A DNA stretch of 45,811 nucleotides, from contig CAUZRT010000001.1 of assembly GCA_963582235.1 (NCBI GenBank), positions 1 to 45,811 of the forward strand, read 5' to 3'. Positions 11,300 to 20,907 of the stretch are shown one piece after another. Positions within the stretch are counted from its first letter, which is position 1; each line of letters begins with the position of its first letter. The notes under the pieces were generated by a model, which searched no databases, had not been told where the DNA came from, and worked only from the letters and a program-made list of their open reading frames with translations. A program made the position numbers and the translations under genes. The DNA comes from Lentisphaeria bacterium. GTDB taxonomy: Bacteria; Verrucomicrobiota; Lentisphaeria; JABSQK01; CAJWLW01.

Positions 11300-12832
11300 A
11301 TGACAAAGACAACAGACAATTCTGACAACTACGGGACTGTTGCGGTCCCGGATGCACCCGACTCCCGGTCCGCGGGGAAGTCCGAGGCGGCGGAAATCGA
11401 TGAGGTCGTCGCCGCGTACACGGAGCGTGAGTACAAATGGGGCTTCGTTACCGATATCGAAGCGGACACCGCGCCGAAGGGATTGAATGAGGACATCGTC
11501 CGCTTCATCTCGGCGAAGAAGAACGAGCCGGACTTTCTCCTCGAGTGGCGCCTGCGGGCTTATCGGCATTGGCTGACAATGGAGGAGCCGGAGTGGGCCC
11601 ATGTCCGCTATCCGCAGATCGACTTCCAGGACATGATCTACTACTCGGCTCCGAAGCCGAAGGAAAAACTGGAGAGCCTGGATGAAGTGGATCCGGAGTT
11701 GCTGCGTACCTATGAGAAGCTGGGCATTCCACTGGGAGAGCAGAAGCTGCTGGCCGGCGTCGCCGTAGATGCCGTATTTGACAGCGTCAGTGTGGCGACG
11801 ACTTGCAAAGAGACACTGGCTGCCGAAGGAATCATTTTCTGTTCCTTTTCCGAAGCGGTTCAGAACCATCCCGAGCTCATCGAGCAGTACCTCGGCTGTG
11901 TCGTGCCGTATCGTGACAATTTTTACGCGACTCTCAATTCGGGCGTCTTCAGTGACGGCTCCTTCTGCTATATCCCCAAAGGCGTCCGCTGCCCGATGGA
12001 ACTATCGACGTACTTTCGCATCAATTCGGCGGATACCGGCCAGTTTGAGCGCACATTGATTGTCGCCGAAGAAGGCAGTTACGTCAGCTATCTCGAGGGC
12101 TGCACGGCGCCGATCCGCGATACCAATCAGCTCCATGCCGCCGTCGTCGAACTGTTTGCGCACAAGGATGCCACGATCAAGTACTCGACGGTCCAGAACT
12201 GGTATCCCGGCGACAAGAACGGCAAGGGCGGCATCTACAATTTTGTCACCAAACGGGGTCGCTGTGACGGCGACAATTCAAAGATCTCCTGGACACAGGT
12301 CGAGACCGGCTCAGCCATAACCTGGAAATACCCGAGCGTGATCCTCAAAGGCGACAACGCCGTCGGCGAGTTCTACTCCGTGGCCTTGACCAACAACTAT
12401 CAGCAAGCCGATACCGGGACCAAGATGACCCATATCGGCAAGAACACAAAGAGCACGATTGTGTCAAAGGGCATTTCCGCGGGTCAAGGCCAAAACGCCT
12501 ACCGCGGGCTGGTCCGTGTCGCCAAGAGCGCCACCAATGCCCGCAACTATTCGCAGTGCGACTCGATGCTCATCGGCGACAAGTGCGGCGCCCATACATT
12601 TCCGTACATCGAGGTACGCAACACCACCGGGCACGTCGAACACGAGGCGACGACGTCGAAGATCGGCGCCGACCAGATGTTCTACTGCAAGCAGCGCGGC
12701 ATCTCCGAGGAAGACGCCGTCTCGATGATTGTCAACGGTTTCTGCAAGGAAGTTTTCCGTGAACTGCCCATGGAATTCGCCGTCGAAGCGCGCAAGCTTC
12801 TCGGCGTCAGCCTCGAGGGCAGCGTCGGATGA
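11300..12832 (+). CDS. sufB: Fe-S cluster assembly scaffold SufB
   Basis: 510 aa with SufB-typical sequence throughout, followed by sufC and sufD. Confidence 0.95.
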   Translation: MTKTTDNSDNYGTVAVPDAPDSRSAGKSEAAEIDEVVAAYTEREYKWGFVTDIEADTAPKGLNEDIVRFISAKKNEPDFLLEWRLRAYRHWLTMEEPEWAHVRYPQIDFQDMIYYSAPKPKEKLESLDEVDPELLRTYEKLGIPLGEQKLLAGVAVDAVFDSVSVATTCKETLAAEGIIFCSFSEAVQNHPELIEQYLGCVVPYRDNFYATLNSGVFSDGSFCYIPKGVRCPMELSTYFRINSADTGQFERTLIVAEEGSYVSYLEGCTAPIRDTNQLHAAVVELFAHKDATIKYSTVQNWYPGDKNGKGGIYNFVTKRGRCDGDNSKISWTQVETGSAITWKYPSVILKGDNAVGEFYSVALTNNYQQADTGTKMTHIGKNTKSTIVSKGISAGQGQNAYRGLVRVAKSATNARNYSQCDSMLIGDKCGAHTFPYIEVRNTTGHVEHEATTSKIGADQMFYCKQRGISEEDAVSMIVNGFCKEVFRELPMEFAVEARKLLGVSLEGSVG

Positions 12833-12861
12833 GTGAAGGGAATGGTAAACTGGAGTGAGCG

Positions 12862-13638
12862 ATGCTGAAAATAAAAAACCTCTGCGCCCGAGTTAAAGAA
12901 CACGACATACTCACAGGCATCAATTTCAGTGTCAACAAAGGAGAAGTCCATGCCATCATGGGCCCCAACGGCTCCGGCAAGAGTACCCTGGCTCAAGTAC
13001 TTTCGGGGCACGAGGATTATGAAGTCACCGCAGGAGAAATCATCTTCGATGGCAATGATCTGATGGATCTGGATGTGGAAGAGCGGGCGCGCGAAGGCAT
13101 CTTCATGGCCTTTCAATACCCGGTCGAGATTCCCGGCGTCTCTAACACCTACTTTCTTAAAACGGCTCTGAACGCCATCCGCTCCCACCGCGGCCAGGAC
13201 GCACTCGACGCGATGGACTTTCTCAAGCTCATCCGGGAGAAGATGAAAGTCCTGAACATTGACGAATCGCTCATCAACCGCCCGGTGAACGAGGGCTTTT
13301 CCGGCGGCGAAAAGAAGCGTAATGAAATCTTCCAGATGCTGGTTCTGGATCCGAAGCTGGCAATCATGGACGAGACCGATTCCGGCCTCGATATCGATGC
13401 GCTCAAAATTGTTGCCGATGGCGTGACGCAGTTCAAGTCGCCGGCCAACGCCACCATCGTGGTGACCCACTATCAACGGCTCCTCAACTACATCACGCCG
13501 GATTTCGTGCACGTCCTCTCTGACGGTCGAATCGTAAAATCCGGGACCAAGGAGTTGGCACTGGAGCTCGAAGAGCGCGGCTATGACTGGCTGCGAACCG
13601 AGCCTGAAGACGCTATCGCCGAGGAATTGAACGCATGA
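12862..13638 (+). CDS. sufC: Fe-S cluster assembly ATPase SufC
   Basis: 258 aa with Walker A GPNGSGKST, ABC signature FSGGEKKR and Walker B LAIMDETDSGLD. Confidence 0.95.
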   Translation: MLKIKNLCARVKEHDILTGINFSVNKGEVHAIMGPNGSGKSTLAQVLSGHEDYEVTAGEIIFDGNDLMDLDVEERAREGIFMAFQYPVEIPGVSNTYFLKTALNAIRSHRGQDALDAMDFLKLIREKMKVLNIDESLINRPVNEGFSGGEKKRNEIFQMLVLDPKLAIMDETDSGLDIDALKIVADGVTQFKSPANATIVVTHYQRLLNYITPDFVHVLSDGRIVKSGTKELALELEERGYDWLRTEPEDAIAEELNA

Positions 13639-14945
13639 CGAAACCGGAACATGGTAACTTTCTCGAACTCTTTCAGCAATTTCAGGCTGAACAATCCGAT
13701 ACGGAATGGCTCGACAGCCTGCGGCAGCGCGGCATCGACCGTTTTACGGAGCTCGGGTTTCCGAATCACCGCAATGAGGAATGGCGGTTTACGAACATCA
13801 ACCCGCTGAAGAGCACGGTGTTCCGCGCCGCGACGCCGGGGACCATCGATGACATTGAAAGCGAACTGCAACGCGTCGGCTTCCATAAGTGGCCGGGCCA
13901 TCGGCTGGTGTTCGTCGACGGCCGGTTCGCACGCGACCTGTCCGCAACCGAGGGCCTACCGGCGGACGTCGTAGTCGGCGGCCTCGCCGATGTCATGAAC
14001 TCCGACGGAGCGCTGGCGCGGGAGTATCTGGCCCAGAATTCCGGCCTCAACGGCAATCCGTTTACAGCGCTGAACACGGCATTCATTCGTGACGGCGGCT
14101 TTGTCATGATTCCTGACGGTACGGTTTTGGAATCCCCCATAAATCTCATTTTTCTGACAACAGCGCCGGAGCCGACCGCGGCGGTACATCCGCGCAATCT
14201 TATTGTCGTCGGCCGGCAGAGCGAGGCGACGATTATCGAGAGCTATGCAGGGCCGAATGACACCACCTATTTCACCAACACGGTCACCGCGATCGTCATG
14301 GATGACGGTGCCGTCGTCGATCACTATAAGGTGCAACGGGAGAGTATGGCGGCCTTTCACATTGCCGAGCTCAACATTCGTGCCGTCGATAACTGCCGCT
14401 TTGCGACGCACTCGGTGAGCATCGGCGGCCACATCACGCGCAATACGATTAATGCCGTCCTCGATGGCGAGGGCATCAATTGCACGTTGAACGGCCTCTA
14501 CCTCGGAACCGACGATCAGGTGATTGACAACCACACCTTTATCGATCACGCCAAGCCCCATTGCAACAGCTACGAAATTTATAAGGGCATTCTCGACAAG
14601 AAAGCAGCAGGCGTCTTTAACGGCAAGATTTACGTTCGCCCGGGTGCCCAAAAGACGGATGCTCTGCAAACAAATCGCGCCTTGCTCCTCTCCGATGATG
14701 CGACGATCAATACCAAGCCGGAGCTCGAGATCTATGCCGATGACGTCAAGTGCACGCATGGCGCGACGATCGGCCAGCTCGATTCCGATGCCCTTTTTTA
14801 TCTTCGTTCTCGAGGCATTGACGAAGCGACCGCTAAAGGTATTCTGACATACGCCTTCGCCTGTGAAGCCGTGACCGATGTGAGAATCGACGCCATTCAT
14901 GAGGAAGTCGAGGCGATACTCATGTCAAGATTTCGTGACGAGTGA
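13635..14945 (+). CDS. sufD: Fe-S cluster assembly protein SufD
   Basis: 436 aa. It overlaps the sufC stop by 4 nt and has a beta-helix SufBD C-terminal domain. Confidence 0.9.
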   Translation: MTKPEHGNFLELFQQFQAEQSDTEWLDSLRQRGIDRFTELGFPNHRNEEWRFTNINPLKSTVFRAATPGTIDDIESELQRVGFHKWPGHRLVFVDGRFARDLSATEGLPADVVVGGLADVMNSDGALAREYLAQNSGLNGNPFTALNTAFIRDGGFVMIPDGTVLESPINLIFLTTAPEPTAAVHPRNLIVVGRQSEATIIESYAGPNDTTYFTNTVTAIVMDDGAVVDHYKVQRESMAAFHIAELNIRAVDNCRFATHSVSIGGHITRNTINAVLDGEGINCTLNGLYLGTDDQVIDNHTFIDHAKPHCNSYEIYKGILDKKAAGVFNGKIYVRPGAQKTDALQTNRALLLSDDATINTKPELEIYADDVKCTHGATIGQLDSDALFYLRSRGIDEATAKGILTYAFACEAVTDVRIDAIHEEVEAILMSRFRDE

Positions 14946-15009
14946 GGCGTGAGCACAGACACACAAACACCCAACACTCCAACACTCCAATCCCCGATCC
15001 GGCCCGTCC

Positions 15010-16281
15010 ATGAGCTCGGCAGAAACAACCATCGCTTCAGCAAAGCGAATGACCGAACCGGCGAAGTTTGACGTCAACCGGATTCGTGCGGATTTTCCGA
15101 TCCTCGAACACACCGTCAAGGATCGGCCCCTGATCTATTTCGACAATGCAGCCACGGCACAGAAACCCGCAGCCGTCATTCACGCGATCAGCGACTACTA
15201 CACGTCCGTGAATGCCAATGTCCACCGGGGCGTTCACGACCTGAGTCAGCGGGCGACGGAAGCATACGAGGGTGCTCGCGAAAAGATTCGGGCCTTCATC
15301 AACGCGGCCGACAGCCGCGAGATTATCCTTACGCGCGGCACCACCGAAGGCATTAATCTCGTCGCCCGCAGTTTCGGTGGGAAGCAGATTAAAGAGGGCG
15401 ACGAGGTCGTCATTTCCACTCTGGAACACCATTCTAACATTGTTCCATGGCAGTTGCTTTGCGAGGAAAAAGGAGCTGCTCTGCGCGTCATTCCCATGAC
15501 CGATGACGGCGAACTGCTGTTTCATGACTATGAAGCCCTTCTCAATGACCGCACCCGGCTCGTGTCGATCCTGCACGTCTCGAATGCGCTCGGCACCATT
15601 GTCCCCGTGCGGAAGATGATCGAAGCGGCGCACGCACGCGATATCCCGATCCTTGTGGACGGGGCGCAGGCGGTGCCACACATGGCGATCGACGTCCAGG
15701 AACTGGATTGCGATTTCTACGTCTTTTCAGGCCACAAGCTGTATGGCCCGACCGGCATCGGCGTTTTGTACGGCAAGTCGGAGTATCTCGAAACCATGCC
15801 GCCGTATCAAAGCGGTGGCGATATGATTTCCACCGTCACCTTCGAACGGACCACGTATAACGACTTGCCGTATAAGTTCGAGGCGGGCACACCGAATATC
15901 GCCGGCACCGTCGGCCTCGGGGCCGCCATCGATTACGTCCGTGCCGTCGGGCTGAACGTGATCGCAGACTACGAACACGAACTTGTCACATACGCGACGG
16001 AAGCCCTGACGGCAATTCCCGGCGTCGAGTTGTTCGGCAATGTCGGCGACAAAGCTGCTGTTGTTTCATTCCTTCTCGAAGGTGTTCATGCCCATGATAT
16101 CGGCACCTTTCTCGATCACTCAGGTATCGCCATCCGCGCCGGGCATCATTGTACTCAACCGCTGATGCAGCGCCTGGGCGTCGCGGCGACGGCGCGCGCA
16201 TCCTTCGCTTTTTATAATACCACGGAAGAAATCGACCGCCTGGCGACGGAGTTACCATCCATTCTCGAGGTGTTCAGCTGA
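15010..16281 (+). CDS. sufS: Cysteine desulfurase SufS (class V aminotransferase, group II)
   Basis: 423 aa with the PLP lysine motif SGHKLYGPTGIG and catalytic Cys motif RAGHHCTQPL. Confidence 0.95.
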   Translation: MSSAETTIASAKRMTEPAKFDVNRIRADFPILEHTVKDRPLIYFDNAATAQKPAAVIHAISDYYTSVNANVHRGVHDLSQRATEAYEGAREKIRAFINAADSREIILTRGTTEGINLVARSFGGKQIKEGDEVVISTLEHHSNIVPWQLLCEEKGAALRVIPMTDDGELLFHDYEALLNDRTRLVSILHVSNALGTIVPVRKMIEAAHARDIPILVDGAQAVPHMAIDVQELDCDFYVFSGHKLYGPTGIGVLYGKSEYLETMPPYQSGGDMISTVTFERTTYNDLPYKFEAGTPNIAGTVGLGAAIDYVRAVGLNVIADYEHELVTYATEALTAIPGVELFGNVGDKAAVVSFLLEGVHAHDIGTFLDHSGIAIRAGHHCTQPLMQRLGVAATARASFAFYNTTEEIDRLATELPSILEVFS

Positions 16282-16733
16282 TGTCGGAGCTTAGCGAACT
16301 GTATCAAGAGGTCATCCTCGATCATAACAAGCATCCGCGGAATTTCTGCGAGTTGCCGGACTGCACAAATTCAGCGGATGGATACAACCCGCTCTGCGGA
16401 GACCGGGTGAGCGTTTTTGTCCGGTTGAAGGACGATCGCATCGAGGACATCAGCTTTCTGGGAAACGGCTGTGCCATTTCAAAGGCGTCGGCTTCCATGA
16501 TGACTGATGCCTTGAAGGGGATGCACAAGAATGATGCCGAATCCCTGTTTCGCGACGTCCATGAAATGCTGACCGGTAAGAGCGATGGCGACCTCGATGC
16601 CGACAGTCTCGGAAAACTGATCGCGCTCTCGGGAGTCTGCGAGTTTCCGGTGCGTGTGAAATGTGCGACCCTCGCCTGGCACACCATGCGCAACGCCATC
16701 GAGGGCGGCAAGGACCAGGCAAAGACGGAATGA
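16281..16733 (+). CDS. sufU: SUF-system NifU/IscU-like sulfur acceptor SufU
   Basis: 150 aa with NPLCGD, GNGCAISKASASMM and a C-terminal Cys. Its start overlaps the sufS stop. Confidence 0.9.
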   Translation: MSELSELYQEVILDHNKHPRNFCELPDCTNSADGYNPLCGDRVSVFVRLKDDRIEDISFLGNGCAISKASASMMTDALKGMHKNDAESLFRDVHEMLTGKSDGDLDADSLGKLIALSGVCEFPVRVKCATLAWHTMRNAIEGGKDQAKTE

Positions 16734-16737
16734 TACA

Positions 16738-17196
16738 ATGTTGAAACTCGGACGAAAGGTTGAATACGCTCTGATCTCGCTGCTGCACATGGCGGAGCTG
16801 TCCGACGGTGACCTGGCGAGCAGCCGGGAAATCGCCAAGCGTTATCACATGCCGCCGGAGGTCCTCGGCAAGGTTCTACAGGCTCTGGGAAGGTCGAACC
16901 TTGTCCGTTCCATCCAGGGTGTTCGCGGCGGCTACCAGCTCAACCGGCCCTTGGACAATATTACGCTTGGGCAGGTAATTCAAGCGATCGAAGGACCCGT
17001 TCGGCTCACGCCGTGTCTCTGCGAGACGTACGTCTGCGACCAGGAGAAAAGCTGCAACATCAAGGATCCCGTGTTTCATTTTCAGCACCAGGTGACGCAG
17101 TTCATATTCGACGTCAGCCTGGCGACCTTTCAGCAAAAAAAAATCATACTACAGAACACCTATCAGAACTATGAACTGCTGGAACGAACCATATGA
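16738..17196 (+). CDS. Rrf2-family transcriptional regulator with a 4-Cys cluster (probable Fe-S sensor)
   Basis: The true start is the ATG at 16738 (MLKLGRKVEYALISLLHMAE...). The track start at 16663 overlaps sufU. It has a winged-helix N-terminus and the Cys cluster CLCETYVCDQEKSC. Confidence 0.85.
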   Translation: MLKLGRKVEYALISLLHMAELSDGDLASSREIAKRYHMPPEVLGKVLQALGRSNLVRSIQGVRGGYQLNRPLDNITLGQVIQAIEGPVRLTPCLCETYVCDQEKSCNIKDPVFHFQHQVTQFIFDVSLATFQQKKIILQNTYQNYELLERTI

Positions 17197-17205
17197 GTTA
17201 AAATC

Positions 17206-17559
17206 ATGATCACAGCAAATGACAATAAGACAGATGCGCCGCAACCCGAACCGTGCAAACTCACCGCTGACGAGATCCTCGAGGTTCTTCGGGTCGTAGA
17301 GGATCCCGACCTCGGCATTAGCATTGTCGACCTCGGCCTCATATACAAGATTGTCAATGACTCCGGGAATCTCAGCGTCGATATGACACTGACCTCGCCA
17401 GGTTGTCCGTACGGCCCCCAATTGATTTCCGAGGTCGATTATATGCTCCACTCGCTCGAAGGTGTCGGCACCACAAATGTCGAGGTTGTCTGGGACCCGC
17501 CATGGTCCTTCGACAACATGAGCGAAGACGTCAAACTCGAACTGGGTATGGACATCTGA
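17206..17559 (+). CDS. sufT: DUF59/SufT-like Fe-S assembly protein
   Basis: 117 aa with the DUF59 core VEDPDLGISIVDLGLIY...MTLTSPGCP. Confidence 0.85.
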   Translation: MITANDNKTDAPQPEPCKLTADEILEVLRVVEDPDLGISIVDLGLIYKIVNDSGNLSVDMTLTSPGCPYGPQLISEVDYMLHSLEGVGTTNVEVVWDPPWSFDNMSEDVKLELGMDI

Positions 17560-17903
17560 TTCCGGTCCGCCGCGTCTCACCAAGCATCCGGTCGATGGCG
17601 AACTACGCACAAATGCTTGCCAGAGCCAGCCCTACGACCAGATCGCCATCTTATGCACACGACCAGCGCCTACCGACATATGAGGCGAACAGAACCGCGG
17701 GCCTGAAGGGGGCCACCACTTATAATTACGGCGTCTTCAGGTTCACCGGCCTCTTATGCCCAGGCACTGCACGGCAAGGACTTCGCGGATCTGCCGCGCA
17801 CAAAGCGACCGTGACCGCATCATCCACAAGTGCCAGCACAATGTCAGCGATCACATGCCCGCCTGGATCCGGCTGCCCGTACCGAACGCGTGCGGAGCCT
17901 GTT

Positions 17904-18344
17904 TCAGTACTTGCGATAGTACCGTGACACATCCTTGGGCTGCTTGTGCTCGAGCCACATGCTGTCGGATTGCGGGCGCTTGAGGCGAAGCACGTCACGG
18001 CCGGTCAATCGCAAAATCAATGCGGTGCCAGTGAAAAAGACGTAATAGAAAACCAGCATGATCGTGTTTGAAATGACGATCCCCATGCAGGCGCCGAGGA
18101 AGAACCAGATGTGGTAGATCGGCTTGAAGGTCCGCGGCAGGGCCAAGACAAGGAAACCGGCGATCATGACCACCAGGAACGCCTTGCTCCAAAACCGTGT
18201 AAAACCACGCGCGTTCTCGAACATAAAATGAACGCCGATCAAAATAAACAGCACGATCACAGCCCCGATCATCAGCGTGATGCCGAATTTACGGAGCTCG
18301 CCAATGTCCGGCCGCCAGTTAATGTCTTTGAATGGATTGATCAT
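17904..18344 (-). CDS. SxtJ-family membrane protein
   Basis: 146 aa with 3-4 TM helices. The N-terminal ...ELRKFGITLMIGAVIV... and C-terminal ...RLKRPQSDSMW... resemble the SxtJ family that accompanies NodU/CmcH carbamoyltransferases. Confidence 0.75.
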   Translation of the reverse strand: MINPFKDINWRPDIGELRKFGITLMIGAVIVLFILIGVHFMFENARGFTRFWSKAFLVVMIAGFLVLALPRTFKPIYHIWFFLGACMGIVISNTIMLVFYYVFFTGTALILRLTGRDVLRLKRPQSDSMWLEHKQPKDVSRYYRKY

Positions 18345-18366
18345 TGGAGAGAAATAAGCGAGTATT

Positions 18367-18417
18367 CAGTGTTCCGTGGGGTTCCGGTGCTACCAGTTTT
18401 GGCAGTGCCAGGAAACA
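18367..18417 (-). promoter_or_regulatory. Copy A of the bipartite upstream module (CAGTGTTC-N16-TaCCAGTTTTGGCA-GGAAACA), 23 nt 5' of the sxtJ-like start
   Basis: It shares the blocks cagtgttc and ccagttttggca, with the same spacing, with copies at 21222-21268 and 34769-34816. The second block is a 5-4-5 inverted repeat (TGCCA-N4-TGGCA; 4/5 in this copy). Confidence 0.5.
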
Positions 18418-18495
18418 TATCGTCCTCGTCCTCAAAACCGCGGCGCAATCGAGGACGATTAAGTTTCAGGAGAGTGTTCGGCCACCGCGCGCTGA

Positions 18496-18514
18496 GATCC
18501 ATCGGCTGACGGAT
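18496..18514. repeat. Copy of the dispersed hairpin motif (gatccatcggctgacggat)
   Basis: It is near-identical to the reverse complement of the 42704-42727 hairpin, and is related to 3809-3830 and 24301-24325. Confidence 0.7.
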
Positions 18515-18742
18515 TATTTACGATATGAAATTCTACCGTACGGTAGGACCGGACAGCCCCAATGTGGAAGGGCCGCGTCCACGAAATCCCGAGCTTCTGA
18601 AGAGCGTCCACCACGTGATGTTCAGAGACCTGTCGATTGCAGGCGGCGCCCTCTGGAGGGCGAGCGGTGATTTCCACCCATTGCCTCCTCCGTCGTGTCC
18701 TGACCATCGAACGGCGCACAGGCTGCCACGGCGGGCGGATGC

Positions 18743-18934
18743 CTAGAACAGCGTATAGATGAACGGTCCCGCCGCTGTCGGGCTGAAGACAATGATGAAT
18801 CCGAGAAACAGGAGAACGAGCAGGATCGGAATCAGCCAGAATTTCTTGTTTTCCATCAGAAATCCCCAAAACTCGCCGATCAGTCCCTGTTCGGATTCCA
18901 TCTCTTCGAAGTCGGTTTTCTTTCCCTCAGGCAT
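18743..18934 (-). CDS. DUF5989-family small membrane protein
   Basis: 63 aa with the sequence ...FWGFLMENKKFWLIPILLVLLFLGFIIVFSPTAAGPFIYTLF. The C-terminal PFIYTLF is characteristic of the family. Confidence 0.8.
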   Translation of the reverse strand: MPEGKKTDFEEMESEQGLIGEFWGFLMENKKFWLIPILLVLLFLGFIIVFSPTAAGPFIYTLF

Positions 18935-19065
18935 AGCAATGAAGTCTCAATGTTGTCGTTCCAATAATATTCCAGTGTCGTGAGTCGCAAATGAGTTCAA
19001 CTAATTTGACGCAATTAAGACTCGCGGCACTAACGGCCGCACATACAGTATACGGGATCTTTTCC

Positions 19066-20907
19066 CTAATCCAGCGGAAACTCCTTCCGGTATCCCTCCT
19101 TTGCGTCGTCATCGCGTCGCTGCTGATCATCCTTCATCAATACGAACCGCTCCAGGACCAGGACGTCCATTTCCGTGTTCATAAAACAGTTGTAGGCGTC
19201 CCGCGGTGTACAAACAATCGGTTCCCCCCGGATATTGAAGCTCGTATTGATGATGACCGGGCAGGCCGTCTTGTCATGAAATCGCCGGATCAAATGGTAG
19301 TAGCGTCCATGCCGCTTCTCGTCAACCGTCTGCACGCGGGCTGAGTAATCGAGATGTGTGATCGCCGGAATCGTTGAACGTGCCATGTGCACACGTTCGC
19401 GAATGTCGCCCTCGGCCATACGTCGTTTCTCGTCATCGGACAGCTTTGTACGGTGTTCTTCCCGGACGTCGGCCACCAGCAGCATGTACGGCGATTCCTC
19501 CTCGATTTCGAAATGATCGCTCGTATGCTCGCGCAGCACACTCGGGGCGAACGGTCGGAATGACTCCCGAAATTTTATTTTTCGGTTCATGATCGACTGC
19601 ATGGTCTGGCTGCGTGCATCCCCGAGAATGCTCCGCGAACCGAGTGCTCGCGGACCGAACTCCATCCGGCCCTGAAACCAGCCGACCACCTTCCCTCCCG
19701 CGATATACGTACTGACGCGATCGAGAAGCTCGTCGTCACTATCGAGCAGCGTATATTCGGCACCTAGGTCGTCCAGGCAATCCCGGATGTCGTTCTCGCC
19801 GTATCCCGGCCCCAATAGACTGCCGGTCTGGCGATCGCTTTCGGCGCCGTCGCGCGCGTTCTCGAGGAGCTGGTACCACAGAAACAGCGCGCCGCCGAGG
19901 GCGCCGCCGGCATCGCCGGCCGCCGGCTGTATCCAGACATTATCGAAATCGCCGCTGCGCAGGATCTTCCCGTTGCCGACGCAATTCAACGCAACACCCC
20001 CGGCAAGACATAAGTTACGGCAGCCCGTCCGTTCCTTGGCATGCCGGCACATCTTCAGCATGACATCCTCCGTCACCTCCTGGATCGAAGCCGCGAGGTC
20101 CATGTATTGTTGTGTCATTTTCACTTCAGGACGCCGCGGGGCACCGCCGAACAGCCGATGAAACTTCTCCGATGTCATGGTCGAGCCCTGGCAGTAGTTG
20201 AAGTACGACATGTCCATCCAGATTGAACCGTCGTCCTTCACTTCGACGATATTTTCCAGGATCGAAGCCTTGTACTTCGGTTCCCCATAAGGCGCCAGCC
20301 CCATCAGTTTGTATTCACCCGAATTGACACGAAACCCGCAGTAGTACGTGAACGCTGAATACAAAAGACCCACCGAATGCGGAAAATGCATCTCCTGGAA
20401 AATCTCGATACGATTACCCTGGCCACGGCCGACGCTTGCCGTCGCCCACTCGCCCACACCGTCCATTGTCACAATTGCAGCCTCGTCGAACGACGACGGG
20501 AAAAATGCGCTGGCGGCGTGAGACTCATGATGCTCCGTAAAAACAATCGGCCCGTCGTACCGTTCATTCAATCCGCGACGAAGGTCACGGGGAAGGTGGA
20601 GCTTTTCTTTCAGCCACAACGGTATCGCCTGGCAGAAGGATCTAAAGCCGCGCGGAGCAAACGCCAGATACGTTTCCAGAAGCCGGTCAAACTTCTGCAG
20701 CGGTTTCTCATAGTAGACAACATAATCCAGATCCTCCTCGCCGATTCCGGCCTCCGCGAGGCAATACTGGATGGCTTTGCCGGGAAAACCGAAATCGTGC
20801 TTCTTACGCGTGAATCGTTCTTCCTGCGCTGCAGCAACAATGTCACCGTCAACGACCAATGCCGCCGCTGAATCGTGGTAGTACGCTGATATGCCGAGGA
20901 TCTTCAA
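19066..20907 (-). CDS. Carbamoyltransferase (NodU/CmcH family)
   Basis: 613 aa. The N-terminus MKILGISAYYHDSAAALVVDGDIVAAAQEERFTRKKHD and the overall length and architecture are typical of NodU/CmcH O-carbamoyltransferases. Confidence 0.9.
   Translation of the reverse strand: MKILGISAYYHDSAAALVVDGDIVAAAQEERFTRKKHDFGFPGKAIQYCLAEAGIGEEDLDYVVYYEKPLQKFDRLLETYLAFAPRGFRSFCQAIPLWLKEKLHLPRDLRRGLNERYDGPIVFTEHHESHAASAFFPSSFDEAAIVTMDGVGEWATASVGRGQGNRIEIFQEMHFPHSVGLLYSAFTYYCGFRVNSGEYKLMGLAPYGEPKYKASILENIVEVKDDGSIWMDMSYFNYCQGSTMTSEKFHRLFGGAPRRPEVKMTQQYMDLAASIQEVTEDVMLKMCRHAKERTGCRNLCLAGGVALNCVGNGKILRSGDFDNVWIQPAAGDAGGALGGALFLWYQLLENARDGAESDRQTGSLLGPGYGENDIRDCLDDLGAEYTLLDSDDELLDRVSTYIAGGKVVGWFQGRMEFGPRALGSRSILGDARSQTMQSIMNRKIKFRESFRPFAPSVLREHTSDHFEIEEESPYMLLVADVREEHRTKLSDDEKRRMAEGDIRERVHMARSTIPAITHLDYSARVQTVDEKRHGRYYHLIRRFHDKTACPVIINTSFNIRGEPIVCTPRDAYNCFMNTEMDVLVLERFVLMKDDQQRRDDDAKEGYRKEFPLD

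Noticed and set aside
16663-16737. N-terminal extension of the Rrf2 ORF (track start 16663). Similar long-start extensions occur for HU (24550), the BNR protein (41331), the MFS gene (29943) and the metallohydrolase (38618, TTG).
   Set aside because: The extensions overlap upstream genes or lack family homology. Internal ATG codons with Shine-Dalgarno-like sequences match the family N-termini.
17560-17903. A possible small gene in the 344-bp gap after sufT (for example minus frame ...HVIADIVLALVDDAVTVALCAADPRS...).
   Set aside because: It has no ATG with an RBS, a usable length of only ~44 codons, and no recognisable family. It is left unannotated.
18391-18410. Sigma54 promoter (TGGCAC-N5-TTGC) in the TGCCA/TGGCA-containing modules and at 30018-30033 and 33903-33918.
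   Set aside because: None has the GG-N10-GC elements with a proper TTGC -12 box in a position and orientation upstream of a gene. The 33903 match lies inside coding sequence.
18459-18869. 136-aa minus ORF and a 73-aa plus ORF (18525-18746) in the sxtJ/DUF5989 spacer. I considered a degenerate HicA-like toxin because of GNGWK and ...ALQKLGIS fragments.
   Set aside because: The fragments lie in different frames. There is no GSH motif and no partner antitoxin. The ORF overlaps DUF5989 out of frame. The resemblance is too weak to call.
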